Positions 19,972 through 31,504 of a stretch of DNA of 64,000 nt are shown piece after piece; positions within the stretch are counted from its first letter, which is position 1, and each line of letters opens with the position of its first letter. This DNA comes from an uncultured Thermoleophilia bacterium (GTDB taxonomy: Bacteria; Actinomycetota; Thermoleophilia; UBA2241). The notes beneath the pieces were generated by a model. That model did not search any database and had not been told where the DNA came from. It was given only the letters and a program-made list of their open reading frames with translations. A program made the position numbers and the translations under genes. Where the stretch lies: contig CAWBNR010000007.1 in NCBI GenBank assembly GCA_963790185.1, forward strand, positions 14,832 to 78,831, in the 5' to 3' direction.

Positions 19972-22900
19972 TCACGTCGTGGAGCGTGATGCCTGTCTTG
20001 CGCCGTGAGGAGCCACGGGAACGACGTCTGCGGGGTGCATCCTGCCGCGAGTCGAACGGAAGAAGGACGTGCGATTGAGCACCTTTTCTTGGAATTCTTC
20101 CAGGTACAAATAGATCACCGGCGTGATGTACAGCGTGATGAACTGGGACACCACAAGTCCCCCGACGACCACCAGCCCGAGCGGCCGACGAGAGGCTGCA
20201 TCAGCTCCGAACCCCACGGCAATGGGAATCGCTCCGATGACCGCGGCCAGGGTCGTCATGATGATGGGGCGGAACCGGTCCATGCTCGCGTCGTGAATGG
20301 CCTTTTCGGCCGATTCGCCAGCCTCGACCCGCTGGCGAGCGAAGTCAACGATCATGATCCCATTCTTCTTGACGATTCCCATGAGCATGAACATGCCCAC
20401 AAATGCGTAGAGCGACGCCTGCTCTCCGAACAGAAACAGCGTCAAGAGACCCCCCACCAGCGCCGTGGGAAGGGTCGAAAGCACGGTGAGCGGATGCACG
20501 TAGCTCTCATACAGGATGGCCAGAATCACGTACATCACGAACACGGCCAACGCCATCAGGATCGTCAGATCTCTGACCGTGTCGCGGAACGTAAGGGCCT
20601 CGCCCTGGAGATCTGCACGCATGGTCGACGGCACGATTTCTGCCGCTGTCTTGGTGATGAAGTCAGTGGCATCGCCCATGGCCACGCCAGGCTTGAGGTT
20701 GAAGTAAAACGTCACGCTCGGGAACTGGTTGAGGTGATTCACGCTCTGAGGCCCCAGCGTGGTCTTCCACGAGACCAGAGCGTTGAGCGGCACAAGGTTC
20801 TTCCCGTCGTCGGACTTGATGTACAGAAGCGACAGGTCGTCGGGTTTGGAGCGGTCCGCGTCTTTGGCTTCCAGAATCACCTGGTACTGATCCTCGGGCT
20901 TCTTGATGAGGTACAGGTAATTCTGCGAGTACGCATTTCTCAGGAGATTGAGTATCCGCGTCTCCGATACCCCGTACGTCCTGGCCTGGTCGCGGCGGAT
21001 ATCGATGTCGAGGTTGGGCGTGTGGTCGAAATAGTCGGAGGAAATGGTCAGAAATCCCGGATACGGTCTCAGCTTTCCCATGAGTTTCGAGGATACTTCG
21101 TAGACCTGGTCAGGGTTCACTCCGGAGACGGAGAAGGCATATTGCCCCTGATTTCGGTTTGTCGCACCCGTGCTGATCTCCAGCACCGGGAAAGGCCGCA
21201 AGAACGGGAAAATGCCGGGAATGGACATCAGTTTGCCCATCAATCCGCCTGCCACAGCCTGGATGGGGGCTCGCTCTTCAGGTGGCTTGAGGAACACGAG
21301 CAGCAGACCCTGGTTCGACGACAGAAACGTGCTGTTTCCCGTCATGGTGAAGGTTGCGTTGACACCGGGATCTTGCTGAATCATTTCGTCGGCTCGGTCC
21401 TGAAACACTCGCATCTGCTCGGGAGATGAGCCTTCTCGGGCGATCATGACGCCCCAGATGAAGCTGCTGTCGCCCGTGGGAAGAAAGGTCTTGGGAATAG
21501 CCATGAAGAGCCCTATCGTGCCGACGAGGCACACGACCCAGATCAACGCCGAGATCCATCGCCTCCGCAGGAACCACCACAAGCGATGCCCCATACGCGG
21601 CCAGCACCCGCTTCTCCAGGCCACCGACCACCCGTTCCATCCACGTTTGCTTGGACCCGTTACCACGGTCCTTGAGCAGTCTCGCGCACATGAGGGGCGT
21701 GAGTGTCAGCGAGACAATGCCGGAAGCGAAGATCGCAACCACGATGGTGATGGCGAACTCGCGGAAGACCCGGCCCATCAGCCCGGACATGAAGACCAGG
21801 GGGATGAACACCGCGGCCAGGGAGATGGTCATGGAAAGAATGGTGAAGCTGATCTCCTTGGCGCTATTGATGGCAGCCTGCAGACGCCTTTTCCCCGTGC
21901 TCCATCCGCCGAACGGTGTTCTCCAGAAATACGATCGCGTCATCGACGAGGAATCCGATGGCCAGCGCAAGCGCCATGAGCGACAGGTTGTCCAGACTGT
22001 ACCCCAGCACATACATTGCCACGAACGTGAGCAGGAGCGACAGCGGGAGAGCCACGACCGGGATCAGCGTGTCCGTGGCTCGGCCCAGAAAGACGAAAAT
22101 GACGATCACCACCAGGACAAAGGCCATGAAGAGCGTCCACTGCACGTCATCGACGGAGTTGACGATGGTCCGAGACCGGTCATAAATCGGCGTCACGCGC
22201 ACCGACCCGGGAAGTTCTGCACTGATGACCGGCAGCAGATTCCGAACGCTCTGCGCCACGTCCACCGCGTTGGACCCGGCCTGGCGGAAAACGGCCACGA
22301 CCACGGTGGCAGACGGCAACGGGTAGCCCCTGAGCCAGAACCGCATGTTGATCCGTTCGTCCTGAACCGAGTCCTTCACCTGGGCCACGTCGCGCAGGAA
22401 CACCGGAGCGCCGTTCCTGGTGGCAACAATGAGATTCCCATACGCCTCGGCATTTTCCAGTTGGCCCTTCGGCCGGAGCAACGCGGTCCCGGAAGCACTG
22501 TCGAACTGGCCAGCTCCGGTGTAGCTCGTGCCGTTCTTGATGGCCGCGGCCAAGTCATCCATGGATATGTTGCGAGCCCACATCTTGGACGGATCGGCCT
22601 TGATGCGCACAGCAGACTTGGTGCCATACACATTCACGCGGCTCACACCCGGCAGAATGCTGATCCGCTCGCCGACCTGCGTATTGCCGTAATCGTAGAG
22701 CTGACCACGCGTGACCGAATCGCTCGTGAGCGCAATGTACAGGATCGGCTGGTCGTTCGGGTTGGTCTTGGAGAAAGTCGGCGGCGAAGGAAGATCAATC
22801 GGGAGGCTGCCGGTGGCCTGGGTGATGGCCGTCTGCACGTCCGTGGCGGCCGCGTCGATGCTCTTTTCCAGAACGAACTGAAGCGTGAGGCTCGTGTGCC

Positions 22901-23160
22901 CTTGCGTGCTCTTGGAAGTCACGAGTTCCAGGCCGTTGATCTGCATGAATTGCCGCTCCAAAGGCGTGGCAATGTTGTTGGCCATCGTGTCGGGACTCGC
23001 TCCCGGATAATTCACGTCGACCTGGATGACCGGATAGTCCACTGCCGGCAGGTCATTTACCGGCAGCCGCAGGTAGCTGAGCACCCCAAAGACGATCACG
23101 GAAACCGTCAGGACCGCGGTCATTACCGGCCGGCGGATGAAAGGTTCCGGAGAGATTCAT
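19972..23160 (-). CDS. RND multidrug efflux permease (HAE1/AcrB family); three apparent frameshifts including one at the extreme 5' end
   Basis: ~1050 aa in total across ORFs 19972-21666, 21278-22012 and 21864-23123. The N-terminal FIRRPVMTAVLT and C-terminal VVGGLVVSQFITLYITPVIY are AcrB-like. Confidence 0.85.
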
Positions 23161-24304
23161 GATCTTTGCTCCTTGCCGGTCGGCGCTGGATGGTCCGCTG
23201 AGCCAGGCTCCTCGACCCGGACCTTGCCTCCGGGCATGACTGCGAGTTGACCGTTGGTGACCACCCGCTCACCCGGCCTGAGCCCTTGATCGACCACGAC
23301 CAATTCTCCTTGCCTCTGTCCGAGCTTCACCGGCCGCAATTCCGCGGTTGAATCCTCTTTGATCACGTACACGAATGAGCCTTTGGCAGACATCTGAGGA
23401 GCGGCAGCGGGAATGAGCACGGCACCTTGGATCGTACTCAACACAAGGCGTACCTTGACGAAACGGCCCGGCCAGAAGTGATGGTCGCTGTTGGGGATCG
23501 TGGCACGCAGCTTGACTGTGCCGACTCCTTCTTGAACCGCATTGTCCAGGAATGTGAGCTTACCGAATCTCGCCTGGTCTCAGCTTGTCAGGCAAACTTA
23601 CCTCGACCTTGAGCGTACCCGCCTGCATGTTTTGCTGCACGGCTGAAAGCTCTTCCTCGGGGATCGTGAAATCCGCGTAGATCGGGTCCAACCGCTGAAT
23701 GACCAAGAGCGAGCCGGTATTTGCGGCCACCACGTTCCCGATGTCCACGAGCCGTTGGCCGGTCCTGCCATCTATGGGCGAGCGAATGGAGCAGTATTCG
23801 AGATTTAGCCGAGCGGTCTCCACCTGAGCCTGACTCTCCTGCACTTGGGCATCAGCTATGTCGAGGGTGTTCTTCCTCTGATCGTAGTCGGACTGGGAAA
23901 CGGACTTTGTCTCCAGGAGGCCAGCGTAACGGTTGAATTGGATTTTGGCCAATTCCGACATCGCCTTCTTCTCTGCAAGGGTAGCCTCTGCCAAATGGAG
24001 CTGCGCCTCGTACGGACGCGGATCAATGGTGAAGAGCAGGTCGCCTTTCTTCACATCCGCGCCGTCCGTAAAATGAATCTCGGTGATGCGGCCCGAGACC
24101 TGGGGTTGAATGGAAACTACCTCAATCGCGACTGACTTGCCGATGCTGTCGAGGTACACGGGCACGTCCTGCGAAATGGCTGCAAGCTACGGTTACCGTT
24201 GGCAGCGGCCGGGTCATGCCGACTGAGCGTTGCTTTTCGCAGCCGGCCAGCATCGTGGCCAGGAGACAGATCACACAAGCGCTTCAATAGAGGCCTGTTC
24301 GCAT
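23157..24304 (-). CDS. RND efflux membrane fusion protein (AcrA/HlyD family) lipoprotein; at least two apparent frameshifts
   Basis: Lipobox LLATMLAGC near 24250. Beta-barrel and lipoyl-like segments in ORFs 23560-24165 and 23157-23444. Confidence 0.7.
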
Positions 24305-24406
24305 GCCAAGTCTCTCCGTGGATACTGCGAAAGCTGTCAGCGACGGGGGCTTTCGCTGGTTCGATTCAGCTTTCTCTTCATGAGGTCCACTGCTTGACGG
24401 TATGTC

Positions 24407-25012
24407 CTAAGACCGAATCTTGTTGCCCATCTTTCGCTCCTCGACTTGCTCTGCTTGATTCCGAATACCCGACCAGAGAACGTTTGCCATCTGCTTCAAG
24501 CAGTCAGACAAGGGTTTCGACGGATCCAACGACCACAAAACCGTCGTGCCGAAGAGAGCCCGTTGGAACTGAAATGCCAATTCCATCGGCGAGAAATCGT
24601 CCCGAATCTCACCGCGGTCTTGTCTTGCAGCCATTAGCTCTGCAAGCACACGGCGATCCTCAAAGAAATCATTCGCCATCTGTTGCCGTGCGGATTCATT
24701 GGAAAAGAATGCGGCAAGAATGCTTTGCATCAACGCAGGGGAATGTCCAAACTCCTCGATGAGTATCAAAGCGAGATCATAAAGCACCCGATCCATGGAT
24801 TCCGAGGAGTGTAGCGATCTTGCAACGAATTCACGGATTTTCCCCATCTGCAACTGGCAAAGATGCACGAGAATGTCTTCTTTATTGGGGAAATAATTGA
24901 AGAAAGTGCCTTTGCCTACATCAGCCTCATTGGTGATATCTTCCACGGTAGTCGCGGTAACCCCGCGTTCGGAGAAAAGGCGGAGTGCTGCGCGAATGAT
25001 CCGCTCGCGCAT
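24407..25012 (-). CDS. TetR/AcrR-family transcriptional regulator (likely regulator of the downstream RND operon)
   Basis: N-terminal HTH ALRLFSERGVTATTVEDITNEADVGKGTFFNYF; first gene of the tetR-mfp-rnd arrangement. Confidence 0.8.
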   Translation of the reverse strand: MRERIIRAALRLFSERGVTATTVEDITNEADVGKGTFFNYFPNKEDILVHLCQLQMGKIREFVARSLHSSESMDRVLYDLALILIEEFGHSPALMQSILAAFFSNESARQQMANDFFEDRRVLAELMAARQDRGEIRDDFSPMELAFQFQRALFGTTVLWSLDPSKPLSDCLKQMANVLWSGIRNQAEQVEERKMGNKIRS

Positions 25013-25227
25013 TTCGGCCCGACGACGTTCTCGCCTATTGGGTGCTTTTGCACAGCTCTGGGTGGCTCTGTGCTTGTTTCATGAATCGCGTCGTCCATAG
25101 CCGTCTCCGAGAATTGTCCAGGAGTCTTATGCGACTTTAAGTCATCTCTGGTTGAGAGTCAAGGCGTGGCGCCGGGGCTACCTGAAAGTCTTTGCTAAGC
25201 TGCTGTTTTTGTGGTACACGGTATATC

Positions 25228-27123
25228 ATGCGGTTTCTATCGATGGGATGGGAGGGAGAGATGGGAAGACTAGTCTGTATTGCGTTGTCGGTCGTATTCA
25301 CTGTCCTATTCTCGGTTGCCGGCCTGGGGTGGGCCCAAGGGGGCACCGCAGAAGCTGGTACACAAACAGCCCTAACGCACGCCGACCAGCTTGACGCCAA
25401 GGACACCAGAAAACTCACCAAAATCAGAAAGCTCGAAGACCTCAGGAAGGAACTCGCGGGATCCACCCAGTTGGGGCCTGAAGCTTTTCGGAGAATGGAA
25501 GAGAGTCTGACGGCATTCCTGAATGATCCCGAGAGCGATGATCTCCCACGGTATGACCTGCTGGTTCAACTGGGTGATCTTCACATGAGACGGCAAGAAA
25601 AAGGCAGCCGACTCAACGCGATTCAGTACTTGCACCTTGCCGCCATCGAGGATCCCGGACGGGTCGAGGCGTACCTGAGGTTGGCCCAACTCTACTCTGA
25701 CCTTGGTGAATCTCAGGAACAGATCAAATATCTGAATTTGGCTCATGACATTGTCGCATCCGCGGCTCGATACAGCCAACTGGCAAACATATCCCGCAAA
25801 CAGGGCGATGAGCAGAAGTACGCACGGTACAAGCGCCACGCGCAGGAAGTTCCCAAGTCCTTCGAAGCATGGTACCTTCTCGCACAGTACTACATGGAGC
25901 GAAGCAATTATTATGCAGTCTTGACGGCATTGCGTCCCGTAGCTTTTGACAGAAATTCGTATTACCGCGACGATCCATACATGATTAATCAAATGTACCG
26001 CGCCGCGACGCTCGACATGAACACCTTTCGCTATTGGGCGCCACCTCTTTATGCCACCATGATCGGACTGACTCCGCTCCAGCTCGAAAAGCGCATTGAA
26101 AGCAAGTTCGGAAATTTTCCCGATGTGGATCTTGCCAAGAAGGTTCTCGCGTACTTGTTTTCCGAAGATCTGCTGTCCTACTTGAGAAGCGCTATTGACG
26201 TGACTGCATACCATGAGGTGGAAGACAAGGACTCAGGTCGACCGGTCTTCAAATTGAAACCGGTGACTCTCGGATGGGGCTCGCCCAAATCTCCCTTGAA
26301 ATTCGATAAAGACCTCGGGAAATTGCTGCCCGAGTTTTTTGTGCGCGCCTCCGTGTCTCCCGCTCCCACGGATACTGCCGAAGAAAAGAACAAGAAGGAA
26401 GAACAGCTCAAGATACTCAAGCAACGTATTTCGGACCTCAAGAAGACTGCGACGGAGAAATTCGGCAACATCAAGGACCCGGAGCAAAAGGCGAGGGCCC
26501 TATTCGAGTGGCTCAAGCAGGATGTGCTCAAGAACTATGCTCTGGTAGAAGGAATTCCCGCGGAAAATGTGCTTGATCCTGAGAAGAAGAAGTATCTCTG
26601 CCTCACGGGCGCGATCATGTACACGTTTCTCGGTCGCCACCTCGGGCTGGATGTGGTAGGCTGCTTGGCCCCGGGACATGCGTATTGTCGTTTCAATCAC
26701 AACGGCAGATCGATTATCGTGGAGACCACCGAAATTGCCGGTTTTGATATTCCAGAGAGTCAGCTTTACAAAGGAAAAGGAAAGCACGGCGGTATATTGT
26801 TCCCAGAGAGACCGGAAGGTCCGGTAAGTCCGTGGGAGCTGGTAAGTTGTCAATTCCTGAATGTCGCCTATGTCCAGCCGCGACTTCTCATCTATGAGAA
26901 AGCGCAGTACAAGGATCTAGCCTTGAAGGCCTTTGAGAAACTGCCACAGCCGGCGGTGAACGAAATCAAGAAGGTCAGGGAGAACTTTGAGAAGAAAGAA
27001 CGCAAGGACGACAAATTCAAATGGGAGGGCACGTTCGCTGCCAAGGACTGTCTGGAGACGTGGTGTCTCACCCCGCTAGGAACCGTGCGGCAACTCGGAG
27101 TGGACAGCGGGACAACTCATTGA
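25228..27123 (+). CDS. Large secreted hypothetical protein with a helical-repeat region and a C-terminal transglutaminase-like Cys-protease core
   Basis: Signal-peptide-like N-terminus (LVCIALSVVFTVLFSVAGLGWAQG). The C-terminal CLTGAIMYTFLGRHLGLDVVGCLAPGHAYCRFNHNGRSIIVETTE fits a Cys-His-Asp/Glu transglutaminase-like core. Confidence 0.45.
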   Translation: MRFLSMGWEGEMGRLVCIALSVVFTVLFSVAGLGWAQGGTAEAGTQTALTHADQLDAKDTRKLTKIRKLEDLRKELAGSTQLGPEAFRRMEESLTAFLNDPESDDLPRYDLLVQLGDLHMRRQEKGSRLNAIQYLHLAAIEDPGRVEAYLRLAQLYSDLGESQEQIKYLNLAHDIVASAARYSQLANISRKQGDEQKYARYKRHAQEVPKSFEAWYLLAQYYMERSNYYAVLTALRPVAFDRNSYYRDDPYMINQMYRAATLDMNTFRYWAPPLYATMIGLTPLQLEKRIESKFGNFPDVDLAKKVLAYLFSEDLLSYLRSAIDVTAYHEVEDKDSGRPVFKLKPVTLGWGSPKSPLKFDKDLGKLLPEFFVRASVSPAPTDTAEEKNKKEEQLKILKQRISDLKKTATEKFGNIKDPEQKARALFEWLKQDVLKNYALVEGIPAENVLDPEKKKYLCLTGAIMYTFLGRHLGLDVVGCLAPGHAYCRFNHNGRSIIVETTEIAGFDIPESQLYKGKGKHGGILFPERPEGPVSPWELVSCQFLNVAYVQPRLLIYEKAQYKDLALKAFEKLPQPAVNEIKKVRENFEKKERKDDKFKWEGTFAAKDCLETWCLTPLGTVRQLGVDSGTTH

Positions 27124-27142
27124 ACTGAAGCTGATTCGCTCA

Positions 27143-27774
27143 ATGATAGAATTGGATCCGGAGTTTCATAAGGAGGTTCTTGCAAAGTACGAGGAAGGCC
27201 TCGAAGTGCTGGCCAGAGCCCTACAGATGGAACCGTTCAGCGCCAAATTCAGGCGTGGGTATGTGGGCATGCTGCAGCTTGCTCAAGCCGTGGACGTGGG
27301 ACCGCAGACAACCAAATTGAAAGAGTCGATCATCGAGCTCAGCAAGGCTAAAAAGGAGCTTGCAGAGGCTATTCAGAATTTTAAGAAAGCGGCTACGACT
27401 GGCCAGGAAGAAAAGTCGGGGGGACGACGCCTGGCGGGACCCAGTCAGAAACCCGGACGCGGGCAGAGGCCAAAATCGAGAAATACTTTGCCGTTGGCGA
27501 GGCCGCAGCGCGAGATGCCGTGGAATTTGGGAACCCCCTCATCAGTTCTCTCGAGAGAAGGAGGGCAGCAATGAAATACTGTCCGCCGATTCCGGAACTT
27601 CGGCAAGAGTATCTCAGGTCTGTCAACTCTCTGTATCGACATTTGGCAAGTGTGGAGGCCTTTTGTGACAGCTTGTTGAAATTGCCTGGTGCGCCGGAGA
27701 ATATTACCCGCACCAAAGCCGACGTGTCAGCCCTGAGAGACAAGGTCGGCGCTCTTGCTTGGGGAATGGATTGA
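27143..27774 (+). CDS. Hypothetical protein; apparent frameshift in a GGGGGG run near 27415 joining ORFs 27143-27574 and 27520-27774
   Basis: Protein-like sequence continues across the homopolymer in the +2 frame (AEAKIEKYFAVGEAAARDAVEFGNP). Confidence 0.35.
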
Positions 27775-27973
27775 TGAAGGGCCGGTCCTGTGAGGGGAGG
27801 CCGGCGGTCGCAATAACGGGACTGCAATTCGCCGCAAAGAACGCCTTTGGCGATACGCATGATGGTGGTCCGGGGCGGCCGCCGGTTTCCGATAAAATGG
27901 TGAAACCCACGCGCCCCTCAGGATCGGAGGCGCTCTTGACGTCATGCCTTACAAAATCGGATAAGAGCGGAGA

Positions 27974-30156
27974 TTGATGATTCACGACGACCACTCCAAG
28001 AATAGGCCAGCCCTGGGGCTGGACTCCTCTAGTCAGGAACTGTGGAATTGCGGGGAGACCCTGAGGGCGCTCCTGGACGCAGCAGAGGACGCGGCGTTTC
28101 TCCTGGACCAACAGGGAAGATTTCTCGCACTCAACCGAGCTATGGCAGAAAGATTCAGTGCGAGGGCTGACGACCTTCTCGGCAAGTCTATTCTTGATTT
28201 CTTTCCGGCTGATCAAGCCGCGGAAAGACAGGAGCTCCTCAATCGAGTGTATCGTGAGGGAAAGCCGGGGCGTCACGAGTACGAGACGTCGGGGCAGGTC
28301 TTTCGACACGAGGCTGTACCCGATTTTCGGCAAGGACGGACAGGTGGTGGCTGTTGCGGCATTCTCCCGGGACGTGACAGACCAGAAGATGGCCGAGAAT
28401 GCCTTGCTTCTCAGTGAGATGAGGTTTCGGGAGATCTACGACAACTCGCCGGTGATGATGCACTCCATCAACGTGACGGCGTGATCCTCAACGTGAACAA
28501 GAAATGGCTCGAGGTGCTCGGGTACACGCGAGAGGAAGTGATCAACCGTCGGCTCGATCTCATCATGACGCCCGAGTCGGCTCGGAGGGCATTTTCGGAC
28601 ATTCTCCCCGGTTACTGGGCAGCGGGGAAAATAGCTGACGTATCTTATCAGTACGTAAGAAAAGACCGCACGGTTATTGATGTCCTCTTGGATTCGACCG
28701 TGATGAACGACCCGGACTGGGGATCAGTCAGCCTGTCGGTGATTCGCGATGTCACGGCCCAGAAGCGGGCCGAACAAGCCCTGAGAAGGAGCGAGGAGCG
28801 GTTTCGGGCAATTTTCGAGGGTGTCCGGGATTGCATCTTCATCAAAGACCGCCATCTTCGGCTCAGCCATGTCAATCCTGCCGATGGAAAAACTCCTGGG
28901 ACGTGTCGCGTCGGAGCTGATCGGACTCACTGCCGATGAAATTTATGGGGAAGAAGCGGGACGGCATATCAGAGAAGTGGAGCTTCGCGTCCTGAAAGGA
29001 GAATCCGTCGAGGAAGAGCATACGAGGCCGGTCGGCGACTCGAAGATGACGTTCCACGACATCATAGCCCCACTGCGGAGCGGGACCGGACAGATTATCG
29101 GCATATGCGGGATTTCGCGAAACATCACCGAAAGGAAGAAGATGGAATCGGATCCCGCAATTATCACCGCGGAGTATCCGTCAAAGGCCATGAGGGAAAC
29201 CTTGGCAAAGGCTCGGTATGCCGCGGCCAAGGACAGCATTGTATTGCTCCTTGGAGAAAGCGGTAGCGGAAAAGACTACCTGGCGCGATGGATTCACGCC
29301 CATTCCCGTCGTTGCAACGGACCCTATTTTTCTATCAATTGCGCGGCAGTTCCTCATGAGCTGGCCGAGTCCGAGCTGTTTGGTCACGAGGCTGGCGCTT
29401 TCACCGGCGCTCGCGGCAGGAAGAGAGGACTTCTCGAATTGGCCGAAGGCGGGACGCTTTTGCTCAACGAAATCGGAGAACTGTCGCTGAGTCTCCAATC
29501 CAAATTGCTTACGTTCCTTGATACGAAGTCCTTCTTGCGAGTTGGCGGCGAGAGAAGCGTGCATGTCAACGCGAGGCTCATGGCCGCGACCCATCGAGAC
29601 TTGGAAGAGGAAGTCAAGTCAGGACGTTTCTTGCAGCCGTTGTTTTATCGACTCAACGTCTTCAGTATAGAGCTTCCGCCCCTCCGAAGACGGTCCGAAG
29701 ATATCCCGATACTCGTGAAAGAGATGCTGGCTCGGTTGGCCACGGAAATGCACCTGACCGAAATACCGATCCTAGAATGCCGAGGCCTTGAATACGCTCG
29801 CACAGTACCGTTGGCCCGGAAACGTCAGAGAACTCAGGAATGTCCTTGAACGCTCTTTGATGGTGACTTCCGGAAGGTCCCTTCGTGTCGCGCTTCCCCG
29901 TCCAGCCACGGAATCGGAGGACTGGTGGCACAAGGTACGATTCCCGGAGGGCACGAGCCTGCATCACGTGACAGAAGAGGTAATCACCTCTCTATGTAAG
30001 GAAGCGCTCAGGCGCTCCGGCGGCGCGAGAAACAGAGCCGCCGAGCTGCTTGGGATATCAAGGGATTCGCTCTACCGTTACATGAAACGTTTCGATGGTC
30101 CGGAAGAGGTGATTCAGGCTTCTCAATCGTCTGACGGGCAGAAGAACAAGGTTTGA
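27974..30156 (+). CDS. Sigma-54-dependent transcriptional activator with three PAS domains (PAS-PAS-PAS-AAA+-HTH); about four apparent frameshifts
   Basis: Walker A GESGSGKDY, sigma-54 contact motif GAFTGA, Fis-type HTH AAELLGISRDSLYRYMKRF. Five consecutive ORFs in alternating frames. Confidence 0.8.
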
Positions 30157-30349
30157 CACCAAGTCTCATGGCTGTCCGTGCTTCTGTGTGTGACGTCGGG
30201 AGTTCACTCGCGGCAGGCAGGTTGCCGCAATCGTATGGGATTTCTGGAGAGGGCCGGAGGGAGTGCCGTGGCAAGGGAAGACTCGCTCTGGCACATGCAT
30301 TCCACCTGGAGCGTCCGCTCACTGTCTCTCGTCCTCTGAGGGAGTTCCT

Positions 30350-30647
30350 ATGGAAGACAAAGTCAAAACCACGGAAGAACTCCTGACCGAAGGGTCTCTC
30401 CTACGCGAGCAAGGTGCCGAGTTCGATGGACGTGACGCGGACTTACTGCCGCTTGAAGCAAAGGGCACAGGCTTGGAGCGACATACGAGTGAGGTCGCTC
30501 CCGAAGATAGGAGCAGGGTTGAAGAACCACCACAGGCTGGAAAAGACCACCCGGCTTCTCCAGGCAATGAACGCTGCTCAGAATCGCTTCATAAGCAACG
30601 GCGATCCGAGACAGCTTTTCGACGGGTTGTTGGGTCCGGGTCGGTAG
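30350..30647 (+). CDS. Small acidic hypothetical protein; its stop codon (30645-30647) coincides with the GC-content junction
   Basis: GGAGT-type ribosome-binding site. The long ORF 30263-31021 reads through into the antisense of a high-GC gene and is not credible beyond 30647. Confidence 0.3.
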
Positions 30648-30650
30648 TCG

Positions 30651-31252
30651 CGGTCAAAGACGCGTACTTCAGAGGGGGCGTCGACGCGCTCGAAGAGGTG
30701 TCCGGTCGCCTCCTCGGCGAGCACGAAGGCGGGCACGCGCAGCATCTCCGCGGCGTTGAACGCCTCGACGGTCAGGGAGAACATCTCAGCGACGGACCAA
30801 GGGGCGAACGCCACCACTTGGTAGTCGCCGTGGCTGCCGTACTTGACGGTCATCACGTCGCCGCCGCCGACCTTCGTCGCCTGTCCGGTGCTGGGTCCCG
30901 CCCGCTGGACGTCGACGACCACGAGCGGGGTCTCGGTGAAGGCCGCGTACCCCAGGCACTCCTGCATGAGGCTCAGGCCCGGTCCGGACGTGGCGGTCAT
31001 GGCCTTCACGCCGGACCATGAGGCGCCGGCCACGGCCGCGATGGAGCCGATCTCGTCCTCCATCTGGATGAACGCCCCGTCGTGGGCCGGCAGCAGCCGG
31101 GCCAGGTTCTCCATGATCTCCGACGAGGGCGTGATGGGGTAGCCGGCGTAGAAACGGCAGCCGGCCGCGATCGCCGCCTCGGCGGCGGCCTCGTTACCCG
31201 ACATGTAGCGGGGGCCGGCGGGGATGCCGGTGGGTGTCGTGGAATACGGCAT
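30651..31252 (-). pseudogene. 2-oxoacid:ferredoxin oxidoreductase alpha-subunit (KorA/PorA-like) N-terminal fragment, truncated at the composition junction
   Basis: GNEAAAEAAIAAGCRFYAGYPITPSSEIMENL is the TPP-enzyme N-terminal module. Only ~200 aa are present where ~370-600 are expected; homology stops where GC drops. Confidence 0.55.
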
Positions 31253-31261
31253 GTTCTTCGC

Positions 31262-31504
31262 CTAGCCCCCCTGTACCGGCGGGACCAGCGTGATCGCGTC
31301 GCCGTCCTTGGGGACGTAGTCAAGGGCGATCAGCTTTCCGTTCGCGGACGCGGCGGCCACGCGGCCCGGCGGCATGCCGATGGACTCCAGGATCCGGCGC
31401 AGCGTCTCCCCGTCGCGCGCCTCGATCTTGCGGGTGTAGGCGTCCGCGTCGGGCTTGAGGTACTCCGTCAACAGCCCGCCCGCCTTGATCATAACCGTGA
31501 CCAT
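31262..31504 (-). CDS. MoaD/ThiS-family sulfur-carrier protein (C-terminal GG)
   Basis: MVTVMIKAGG...ITLVPPVQGG; ATGA start/stop overlap with the upstream AOR gene. Confidence 0.6.
   Translation of the reverse strand: MVTVMIKAGGLLTEYLKPDADAYTRKIEARDGETLRRILESIGMPPGRVAAASANGKLIALDYVPKDGDAITLVPPVQGG

Noticed and set aside
30263-31021. 252-aa ORF crossing the GC junction
   Set aside because: The portion past 30,647 is antisense to the korA-like gene and has the high-GC spurious composition. Only 30,350-30,647 is plausible.
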